The translations under genes were made by a program, and so were the position numbers. A model generated the notes under the pieces. That model did no database searches, was not told where the DNA came from, and saw only the letters and a list, made by a program, of their open reading frames with translations. From assembly GCA_000002445.1 (NCBI GenBank), contig CM000207.1, positions 928,001-992,000 of the forward strand: 64,000 bases of DNA, in the 5' to 3' direction. The number at the start of each line of letters is the position of its first letter. Position 1 is the first letter of the stretch. Positions 55,332 to 64,000 of the stretch are shown in pieces. The DNA comes from Trypanosoma brucei. Its lineage: Eukaryota.

Positions 55332-56636
55332 TGCGTTTTCTTTTTCCTGATGGAACTGAAATGTACAGTTGGTTGAAAGGGAGACTCATGTTAGGAACAT
55401 TCTTATGTATCTATGTATCCATAACAGGTGGGAAAGGAAGAAACAAATGGGTGAAAATGTCCGTTGTCCCTCTGCTTCGTCAGCCTGTATTAATTGATAC
55501 GTGCTGATATCTCTTCTTTCTAAATCGTACTTTTTTGGAAGTGTCGGAAGTGTGAGAAGTTATTGGTGCTTTCAGGTACACCCACGCAACTGTAAGTGCT
55601 GGTGAGTAGATGCAAAGAAATATATGATTGGTTTTTGTATATGTGTGAAAATAAGGAGACTAGGGAAGTTGAAAGAGAGGGAAGATGCTCTGCTGCTGTC
55701 TGTTACTCGCGTTTTTTTTGCTAATACTTTTTTCACTGAAAGTGGCTTTGAAGGCTGCTTCGTTGTTCACGCTTATGCGTTAACGCAAGCACGCGCGCTC
55801 ATATCATATTAAGCAATATAATATATATGTATGTGAGTGTGTGTTTGTGTGTGTAAGCGACAAAAAGCGACTTTCTGGTATCCTTCGTTTTTGACTCGTT
55901 ACTGTTAGGAACCGAGAGCCTTTTCTTCATTTTCTGTTGATGGCTTTTTTTTTCTCCCCTTTTTTCCTTGTTTGTATGCACCTCTGCGATCCCAACATGT
56001 ATTCAATCCCTCCGTGTGTGTTTGTGTGTTCCCACCCATTTGATATGTATTTCGTCTTCTGCTGGTTTTATTTATTTATGTGCTTATTTTTTTTTGTTCG
56101 ATGGGAAATAACTGGGTGATGGAGAGAGTGAAAAAGAGGTGATGAATGGTTTGTTTGTTTGTCTTTCTTTTTTTTTTTTGTGAGGGAAGGGAAAGGGAAG
56201 CAATTTTTTCTCCTGCTTCCTATTTTGTTTATTTTGATAAAACGCCTTTTTTTTATTCCAGTGTCTGCTTCGTTCTTTGATTCATCAAATTAATCGGTGG
56301 TTGCGAGCATGTAGGCCTTTGGGCACTGCTCCCTCTGCCACCTGTTCTTTCATTTCACCCTGTTGCGTATTTTCTTCTTTACATCCTTTCGCTTTTCTTT
56401 TTTTTTCCCCCTCTTTATTATTTTTATGGTTTCGTTGTATGCTGCTTCGCCGTCACAATTGCTTAATTGATTGTTTCTGTGTAGAAAACAGTACCTAAGT
56501 TCGAAAGCTATCATCCCTTCTAAACCACAATCGCGTCCACACGATCTGCACTGTAAAGCAGCAGGCCGACGGAGAATAAGAAACGAAAAAGCAAAAAAAA
56601 AATAAAAGAGTATTCAGTGAGTGATACAAATAAGAA

Positions 56637-58577
56637 ATGCCGGATTCACCTGAAACTGGAAGAGCACCAATAAACCTCGAGGGTGAACTCTGCATGGAGA
56701 GGGTAGTGAACTACACTTGGGAGAACTTGGCCTTTCAGGTGCCCGCGAAGGACAGTGATGGGCGTAAGATAAAAAAAACGCTGATCCACAAGATGAGTGG
56801 GACGGCTTTGGGAGGGCGGGTCCTCGCAATCATGGGGCCATCCGGTGCCGGAAAAACTACATTGATGAGCGCCATCACGGGAAAACTGCACGGCACAGAA
56901 AAGAACCTTGAAGGATGTTGCTTCCTTAACAATGCGATATTCACAGATCGGTACAGGGCGGTCGTGTCTTTTGTGGCGCAGGATGATATTGTCATGGCCA
57001 TGGACACACCGTATGAAGCCACTTACTTTGCATGCCGCGTACGTCTCGGGTTGGGGCCTCGCGAATCAGAAGTCCTTGTGAATGAAGTCATTAACCGTCT
57101 GCACCTTGTAGAGTGCCAGGACACCGTGTTGGGTATTCCAGGACTTGTAAAGGGTGTGTCGGGTGGTGAACGGAAACGAGCTAATGTGGCCACGGCTCTC
57201 GTGGCAAACCCCTGTGTTATTGTGTTGGATGAACCAACCACTGGCCTCGACTCCGTCAACGCCCTTCGCGTGGGTCAGATGCTTCAAGACCTCGCAAAGA
57301 AGGAGAAGCGAACTGTTATCGCAACCGTTCACTCACCATCTTCTGAGCTCGTAGAGACATTCGATGACCTATTATTACTCTCTGAGGGTCATGTGGTATA
57401 TCATGGACCGAGGGAGGAGGCCACAGCATACTTCGCATCTATCGGTCATCAGGTGCCCCCGCGGACAAATCCCTGTGAGTACTTCATGGAACTCCTTCAG
57501 CTTCCGAAGGAGGAGTTAGAGGTGTTGTGGCGGGCCTGGGAACTTTATCTGACGACGCCAGCCGCGAGCACGAATCCCTGCCTGTTAAAGGTGTCGGGCC
57601 CCATTACGGAGAGAGACCCCTACCTGGAAGACCATCTAAAGAAAAAAGGATCCAGCTGGATTGTCCAACTGGTTGAACTTACGAAACGCTCCTATCGAAT
57701 GTATCCCCGCCACCCAAGCGCTGTCTTTGTTCGACTCGTGCAGACACTCTTCGTTGGTATTCTGATGGCCCTTTTCTATTTTCGGATTACTTTGGATCAA
57801 AATGGCGTGAAGGATCGTCTCGGTGTTCTACATATGGTGTTAATTAATGGCATGTTTTCGTCCGCAATGTACGGCGCCGCCGCTTACCCACCGGAACGTG
57901 CTGTGTATCTTCAGGAGCAATCCACCGACTCGTACAATGCGCTGACTTACGTGCTCGCAAAGTTTATCGCTGAGACGGCGTTTCAGGTTGCGTTCCCCAC
58001 GGCGTTCGCTCTAATCACCTACTTTACGATCGGGTTTTACGCTTCATTTTCCGCCTTTATGGTGCACTGGTTTCTGTTGGTGCAGTTAGCCCTCACAGCG
58101 TATGCCTTTGGTCTCGCCTTCGCAACGTTCTTCAAGTCCATCAACACAACCTACGCGCTGCTTCCTGTTGTGTTTCTCCCGCTCATTATAGTAACCGGGT
58201 TGTACGCCAACACAGAACGGTTGCACCCCTATTGGTCGTGGTTGATCGTCATTTCTTTCCCTCGTCACGCCTACCTTGGTGTCGTTATCAATGAGTTCAG
58301 CAGACTTGAAAAGATTTGTGACCCACCTGACCTTCACTGCCGCTATCCCGATGGTCAATCTGTCATTGAGTTCTTTAATTTTGACAGTTGGAGTTGGTGG
58401 AAGTCCATTGTCGTGCTCCTGGCGTATCAAGCTGTGCTTATCATCATCACATTTGTGTCCCTGCTCATTCAGGGGAAGCGAAGCAGAGGACGTTTAGTAT
58501 TCAGGAAGAATCTTGACTCCCGTAGCGACCCTGCTCAGACCGCTGCTTGCGCTGGTGAAACGGAAGAGGGGAAGTGA
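56637..58577 (+). CDS. ABCG: ABC transporter, ABCG-type half transporter (NBD followed by 6-TM domain)
   Basis: Walker A GPSGAGKTTLMSAITGK. ABC signature VSGGERKRANVA. Walker B VIVLDEPTTGLD. NBD-then-TMD order and a C-terminal hydrophobic domain typical of ABCG/White-type proteins. Confidence 0.8.
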   Translation: MPDSPETGRAPINLEGELCMERVVNYTWENLAFQVPAKDSDGRKIKKTLIHKMSGTALGGRVLAIMGPSGAGKTTLMSAITGKLHGTEKNLEGCCFLNNAIFTDRYRAVVSFVAQDDIVMAMDTPYEATYFACRVRLGLGPRESEVLVNEVINRLHLVECQDTVLGIPGLVKGVSGGERKRANVATALVANPCVIVLDEPTTGLDSVNALRVGQMLQDLAKKEKRTVIATVHSPSSELVETFDDLLLLSEGHVVYHGPREEATAYFASIGHQVPPRTNPCEYFMELLQLPKEELEVLWRAWELYLTTPAASTNPCLLKVSGPITERDPYLEDHLKKKGSSWIVQLVELTKRSYRMYPRHPSAVFVRLVQTLFVGILMALFYFRITLDQNGVKDRLGVLHMVLINGMFSSAMYGAAAYPPERAVYLQEQSTDSYNALTYVLAKFIAETAFQVAFPTAFALITYFTIGFYASFSAFMVHWFLLVQLALTAYAFGLAFATFFKSINTTYALLPVVFLPLIIVTGLYANTERLHPYWSWLIVISFPRHAYLGVVINEFSRLEKICDPPDLHCRYPDGQSVIEFFNFDSWSWWKSIVVLLAYQAVLIIITFVSLLIQGKRSRGRLVFRKNLDSRSDPAQTAACAGETEEGK

Positions 58578-58912
58578 GAAACCGATTAACTTACTGGCTA
58601 GGAACTTTTTCGTTTGTGTGGAGGTGGCTCGGGGTGTTGATGTGGAAAGAGAGAGGGAAAGACAGTTCGGGAAAAGCTCAAACCCTCGTCCCCCAGTCTT
58701 ACCATTTTAATTTGTGTGATGCCCATTTCCGTCAGTTGCCCGTGTGATGGAGCGCTGGAAGCTCTCTCGCATGCGGGAGCAAGCAGTTATATATCTCTAT
58801 ATATGTCCATCTACTTGATAAAACGGCCAGGGACTACTGCAGTTCTGCAGTGTGTGGTGTCGGGCACAGCGTGGGGTCTTTGGGCTAAGCTTTAAGTTTC
58901 TATTATGGCACA

Positions 58913-58930
58913 GACAACTGGTAAAACGTG

Positions 58931-58960
<30 letters not shown>
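58913..58960. repeat. (TA)n dinucleotide microsatellite (~19 units). Similar (TA)n runs at about 9543-9558, 10497-10514, 20298-20315 and 63968-63990.
   Basis: Direct reading: atatatatatatatatatatatatatatatatatat. Confidence 0.9.
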
Positions 58961-58968
<8 letters not shown>

Positions 58969-60385
58969 AATATATATTAATGTACATAGAAAATACTTCA
59001 GGTTGGCTATGGTTGCTGTATTGTTTTATCGTTTCGCTCCGTTTTCGTAATCTTCATTATTACTCTTTGGACAGGGGCTGTGCACCCCGTGAATGAGGAA
59101 AGTGCAGTTATACATCCCCACCCCCCTCACACCAAGCAAGATACCGAAAGAACAAATAATTTTTACACGATGACGGAGGTTTGAATGCTGACACTGTTAC
59201 ACCACTTCTTCAGTACCTTTACCACAGTGGTTCCTTTTGGTATGTCTGTTTTCTGCTGTTCATATATTTGTTTCGTTTATGTCTCGCGGAGGTGTATTTA
59301 GCGTGCATCTGTTTGACTCATGCGCGTTTCATAGCCTATTTCTTCCTCCAATATTCATCCGCGGCTCACCTGAAGTTTCACCTCATTTTATTCATTTATT
59401 TTTTTTCACTTCAATATCATAACATGTAACATTTTACATTACGTTCTGTATTGTTATTATTAGGACGCTAGTGAAGAGGAGGAGATGGGAAAGAAGTTGT
59501 GTGCGTACGGTAATGCATAAAAGAGAGGGGGGAAGGAACGGTTCTTTAAATTTCCCCCCTTTCTTCTTTACTCTGTTCCTATGTGTCAGGCCCCCCTTTT
59601 TTTACGTCGTTTACCTACTTGTTTATCTTTATTATCATGTTTCCTTTTCTCAAGGCAGAAAGTTGTAGGAAGAGGGAAGCAAAGGGGGAGGAAAATGGGT
59701 GAGGCGCATTTATTAGAAATATGCTTAAAAACTTCACCCATTTAGTATGATTGTTTATTAGTAAACGTTTGTTTCTGAGGTTTGTTGAGTACTAATCATT
59801 TATACATCCATCTATTTGATTACTTATTTATTTTGTTTTTCCCCCTTCTCTTCCAAAGTTTGTGCTTGTGAGGAAGCAAAGAAATAAATAGAATTGAGGT
59901 TACGGCAACGTGTGTATTTGTCTATGTTTTTACATTTGTTCCCAAAATTTATCACCTCTTTCCCCCATATCATCAGCAGCGCGCTGGTGTTGTGAATTGG
60001 TGTGGTGTCACCAAGTAATATAAACTGGTTTGCGTTGCTTCTCCTTCCGGTCGGTCTTCTGTTGTTCGCAAAAAATTAAATAAATAAATGGGGGAATATG
60101 TGAGGACACGAGGAGAACGGCACGCAATGCCGTTACGGACGAGATATGCCCCCTGTTTCGTTTTTTTTTATTTTTCGTTCACTTCACTTTTGTGCTTCCA
60201 GCATCTTTCCATGCATTACATCTTGATACATGTGCCGACGTAGATACATATGTGCATTCACCAGTGCGTTTGTGTTCCGTCGTTGTTATTCACATTCTGT
60301 TTTCATCTGAACTTTTAAAGGGGTGAGAGTGACACTTCTGAAAGTAATAAGTGGTTGTTGTTTTTTTTTTTTGTGGGGGGAGGGC

Positions 60386-61261
60386 ATGAGGTCGACATTA
60401 CCCTCTGCTCGTAGCGAAATTGCTCAGGCGCGCAAGGAGTTTTGGATAGCCCCCAGAGGGCACCTTGCCATCAATCGTCTCAAACCCACGGAGGTTCCGC
60501 AGAGTTTGTCCGTAATTGTGGCGACGAGTGTAGATGAGGTTCAACCTGTTGCATTCACTCGGCCTGTTGCATCCTTAGTTCCCAATGATACGAAAAGCAC
60601 CAGGATACACGGAATTGGGGCAAGAGGGGGCTCGGGGAGGCATGGAGCCATCCCTCCTCTTTTCAAGGCTCAAATATACGTTTGGAAAGACACCACAATC
60701 CGGGAAATATTCGAAGAGGTTCTACGGTCGACTCCAGCTGCAGCACTAGTTTTGTTGCCGCCGTCTTCTAGGAAGTCAGGGGAGATTACATCCCATACTA
60801 ATGATGATGTGAGCCCTGATGTCTCCGCGGAGGACCGGACTCACAAATGCGATAGTTATAAGCTGAATGGTCGCGATGGTACTGAGGACAGGAGGTACGG
60901 CGATGAGGCAAATGGCGAACATCCGGCTAAACGCGTGTGCACGGAAGCGCAAAGAGGTAATATGGAAATGGGAACACATAAGGGAGGCACTGCATCATTT
61001 TCTGCCGGTCAACATAGTGAAAGCGGCCGTCGGCCTGCCGCACCCGCTGCAAAAGTGTGTGTTTTTCATGTCTACGCAAACGTTGACAGAAGGGTGCAGG
61101 TGCAGAGCATGACGGTTCTGCGCACAGATAAGCCCTCCTTTCACACGGGAGATTTCTTAACAATGAAGGAACTCCGTACAACTCGTGGCGCTGAGAGGGG
61201 TTGGAGATCAGGTGATTTGCTAGTATTTGCGCCTTCCGTACAGCATTACTGCCCGCCGTAA
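60386..61261 (+). CDS. SAP18-like (Sin3-associated polypeptide p18 family) protein candidate with an acidic, low-complexity insert
   Basis: The segment AIPPLFKAQIYVWKDTTIREIFEEVLRSTPAA parallels the SAP18 core (..ELQIYTWMDATLKELTSLVKEVYPEA). The C-terminal FHTGDFLTMKEL matches FQIGDYLDIAI. The track ORF starts at GTG 60323 and runs through a poly-T tract. I used ATG 60386. Confidence 0.4.
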   Translation: MRSTLPSARSEIAQARKEFWIAPRGHLAINRLKPTEVPQSLSVIVATSVDEVQPVAFTRPVASLVPNDTKSTRIHGIGARGGSGRHGAIPPLFKAQIYVWKDTTIREIFEEVLRSTPAAALVLLPPSSRKSGEITSHTNDDVSPDVSAEDRTHKCDSYKLNGRDGTEDRRYGDEANGEHPAKRVCTEAQRGNMEMGTHKGGTASFSAGQHSESGRRPAAPAAKVCVFHVYANVDRRVQVQSMTVLRTDKPSFHTGDFLTMKELRTTRGAERGWRSGDLLVFAPSVQHYCPP

Positions 61262-61867
61262 TCTCTATCTAGCAGTTGTGGGGGGAAATTGCTTACAGTT
61301 TCACTGATTGAAAGATTGCGACCGAATGGATAAAAACAGTTAATGTGGAATCATTTTTTTAGTGCCACTAAACGGTTGGAAGGTGATCTGAAGAGAGCCT
61401 AGGCTGTTTCGGGAGTGCGCACTTGCTTGTTCCTTTGGTAATAGGGAACATTAATGCTTTTCTAAGAAGAATATTGTAATTGTCGTGGACACGTGGCCCT
61501 TGGCACCTGCATATACTCTTCCCGACAATGCTCTACGGGGATCGCGTGGTTATTGTTTGATACGACGTAGCCCCTGCTCTACTCGACTTTAAAATGTCTT
61601 TCTGCGGAAACGCAGTTGCGTGCACACAGTGTCGTCTCTTCCTTCGTGATGTGCCCTTTTGTTGTCATGGATGTTGTTGATTTCATACCTCTATCACCAC
61701 TCCCGCTCTTCTACGTTTGAAAGGTAATAGCTACATACATTCTCGTTAGGCGTCTTAACTGTATTAACCAATACTATATACGAGTGTATATATCCTTATA
61801 TTATATTGCACAATATCCTATATACATATATTGGATTGACGTGCGATTGTCCCAACGCTCCATACCA

Positions 61868-62962
61868 ATGGCTGAGTATGACATTAATTTGGAGGAAGCG
61901 CTTGGTGCGGCAATAGAGGCAGCTCGTAAAGCAGGTGGTATCATGTGGGACTTCTACCAGTACCGCCGGGAAACCATTGCAACCATAGCTTCAAAAATGC
62001 AAAAAGATGCCTCTGACAGTGTTGATGTGTCGTCAGGCACCGAAGCGGTGAATCCCAGCGTCTCTCAGCTCCTTGACATAAAGGCCAAAACTTCAACCAC
62101 AGATCTTGTCACATATTACGACAAACTTTGCGATGAAGCGATAATGAATGTTCTTCAGCAATACTCGTCAACGGTTGAAAACCAGAAGCGCGGAGCAGGT
62201 TACACTTCGTTTCGCTTCGGTTTTATTACGGAAGAAATATGCCCTGATAAGCAACTGGAAGACGTACCGACTTGGATTGTTGATCCCATTGATGGCACTA
62301 TGTCGTTTGTGCATGGGTCGTGCGACTGCTGCGTGAGTATTGGACTCACCATAAAGAAGGAAACGGTCCTTGCGGTGATTTATTGCCCGTTCCTCCCCTC
62401 TATAAACAAAAACCCCCCAGGACCGACCTCCTCTGGCGTCTACGCTGGTGAGATGTACACTGCCATTCGAGGCCAAGGGGCCTTTCTCAATGGCAGACGC
62501 ATAGTCGTGCAGACGGACACTACTCAAGATGCGGCTATGGTGGTCTTTGGCTACCCAATGCGTCCCGTGCTATCGGCAGAGGAACGGGAGAAAAATAGCA
62601 ACGACCTGGAGAAAGCCAGAAAGGAAAAGCACTGCGAAATGTTAGATGCTGCAGCACATATTCGAAAGAAGCTTGCCATGTGTCCAGTCCAGGGACTGCG
62701 CAGTTACGGCGCCTGTGCACTCATTTTAGCTTTTGTTGCTTCGGGTCGGATTGACCTCTACATGGAGCCCTCCGGCAAGATATGGGACGTCTGTGCAGGG
62801 AACCTTCTGGTCACTGAGGCGGGGGGTGTCGTGAAAAATATATGGGGGGATGAGTTCGAAATGGAGCGGACAACAACAATCATCGCAGGTGCAAACGAGA
62901 AGCTCGTGTCTTTTGCCGCAGAAATCTGCAATGAGGTGAGCTATGGAAGATTTTGGCTGTAG
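61868..62962 (+). CDS. Inositol monophosphatase-family (IMPase/FIG superfamily) phosphatase
   Basis: Metal-binding motifs WIVDPIDGT and the downstream WDVCAG (WD-x-AG) motif, in correct order and spacing. The track ORF begins 28 codons upstream in an AT-rich UTR-like sequence. Confidence 0.7.
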   Translation: MAEYDINLEEALGAAIEAARKAGGIMWDFYQYRRETIATIASKMQKDASDSVDVSSGTEAVNPSVSQLLDIKAKTSTTDLVTYYDKLCDEAIMNVLQQYSSTVENQKRGAGYTSFRFGFITEEICPDKQLEDVPTWIVDPIDGTMSFVHGSCDCCVSIGLTIKKETVLAVIYCPFLPSINKNPPGPTSSGVYAGEMYTAIRGQGAFLNGRRIVVQTDTTQDAAMVVFGYPMRPVLSAEEREKNSNDLEKARKEKHCEMLDAAAHIRKKLAMCPVQGLRSYGACALILAFVASGRIDLYMEPSGKIWDVCAGNLLVTEAGGVVKNIWGDEFEMERTTTIIAGANEKLVSFAAEICNEVSYGRFWL

Positions 62963-63510
62963 ATTGGAGCCGGCCCCATAAAGGTTCTTTTGTCATGTAT
63001 CATCCTCCGTACGAAATCACACCAGCATTAACGAAAGCAAAACGGTTAGATCGTTTGCCGCCATTTCCATTTCTCATATATGTTGCTCTCAATAAACGCT
63101 TGCACTCCCATGCTAGGAGGAGAGTGAATACGGTACTAGAAAGACACACCTTCACGAACATCAAGATGACGAACTAGGGAAATCATCAGAAACTACTCGA
63201 CGATTGAGCAACAAGACAACGAGAAAGATGTCTGCCACCTTAAGTATAGCTTGTCTTTGTCCACAATGAATACAAAGAACAGACTAGACAACATAAGTAG
63301 AACACTCAAAACGACAATAATGCTGAGCGTGGCATCTCCATTACTTTTTCGAATCGATTATACCCACAATGTTATAATTCACCGCAAAATGCTCGAGCCA
63401 ATAGCATTACATTAACAAACGACAAAAATCCTCAAAATGAAGAAAAATGAGGTATTAACGAGTTTCCTCTTGTTGCGCTTCTACCGATATATGTTTGCCG
63501 TAATGCTTTA

Positions 63511-63774
63511 ATGAATTCCACCGCGGGAGTTACACGCAGTATCATTATGGACTGCGCTCGCAGGGAGAACCGTGCGATGTGGGCTGCATTCGAGTGTTTT
63601 GTTTCTTTCATGTGGTCGGCAAGTTCTGTAATGGGCGGATACATTGCTAGTGCGAAGGGATATAAGTATACATTTGTCATCACTGCCCTAATTCACTTTA
63701 TTGCTATGTTTGTATTGGTGCCGGCCATATCTGGTGTGCGGCAGTTGGATAGGCGCGGCAAGGTTTTGCGGTAA
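63511..63774 (+). CDS. Short ORF (87 aa) with two predicted transmembrane helices. Either a small membrane protein or the C-terminal remnant of a transporter. Weak call.
   Basis: ATG-initiated, hydrophobic helices (FECFVSFMWSASSVMGGYIA; FVITALIHFIAMFVLVPAI). No upstream polypyrimidine tract is evident. Lies near the window end. Confidence 0.2.
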   Translation: MNSTAGVTRSIIMDCARRENRAMWAAFECFVSFMWSASSVMGGYIASAKGYKYTFVITALIHFIAMFVLVPAISGVRQLDRRGKVLR

Positions 63775-64000
63775 TTGAGTTTGTGTTGTTGGGATGGTTC
63801 AGTATTCTGCTGACCATTTGCTGTACGTTTGTGTTTTTGTCGACATAGTTTTTCGTTATGTGTAGTTTGCTGCAGGTTAGGAAGTTGAGTCATCTAGGAG
63901 AGCACGCATTTTGCCCGTATGTGGAATTGGTATCTTAATTGAGAATATAACGTCTCCAGTTGTGGGATATATATATATATGTATATATATTCTACATGCA

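Overview
The window reads as one continuous polycistronic gene array on the + strand, typical of a kinetoplastid nuclear chromosome. Every convincing ORF is on +. Each is preceded by a polypyrimidine tract followed by AG, the usual trans-splice acceptor arrangement. I saw no strand-switch region, tRNA, rRNA or CRISPR array.

The gene content points to a Trypanosoma brucei-group chromosome. The informative genes are two identical 199-aa cytosolic tryparedoxin peroxidase copies, three tandem arginine kinase paralogues with different N- and C-termini, a split succinate dehydrogenase iron-sulfur C-terminal half, an Erv1 with a long C-terminal extension, and a divergent 345-aa TFIIB. This organism call is inference from sequence and memory, not a database search.

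I call about 26 protein-coding genes. The rest are three tandem gene-duplication repeats (TXNPx x2, an NIF/FCP-like phosphatase x2 in a 2.74-kb unit, arginine kinase x3) and several microsatellites.

Several ORFs in the supplied track begin at GTG or TTG. The track renders the first codon as M regardless. For those I moved the start to the first in-frame ATG downstream of the polypyrimidine tract.

I do not see a prokaryote-style novel system here. The least-explored content is a set of large domain-poor hypothetical proteins: the 1434-aa partial, the 984-aa and 1148-aa ORFs, and a 521-aa ORF embedded inside the arginine kinase array. Paralogue-specific changes in the duplicated genes are the other under-studied feature. 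Two places where my hand-counted coordinates disagreed with the ORF track by one base are recorded under rejected observations.
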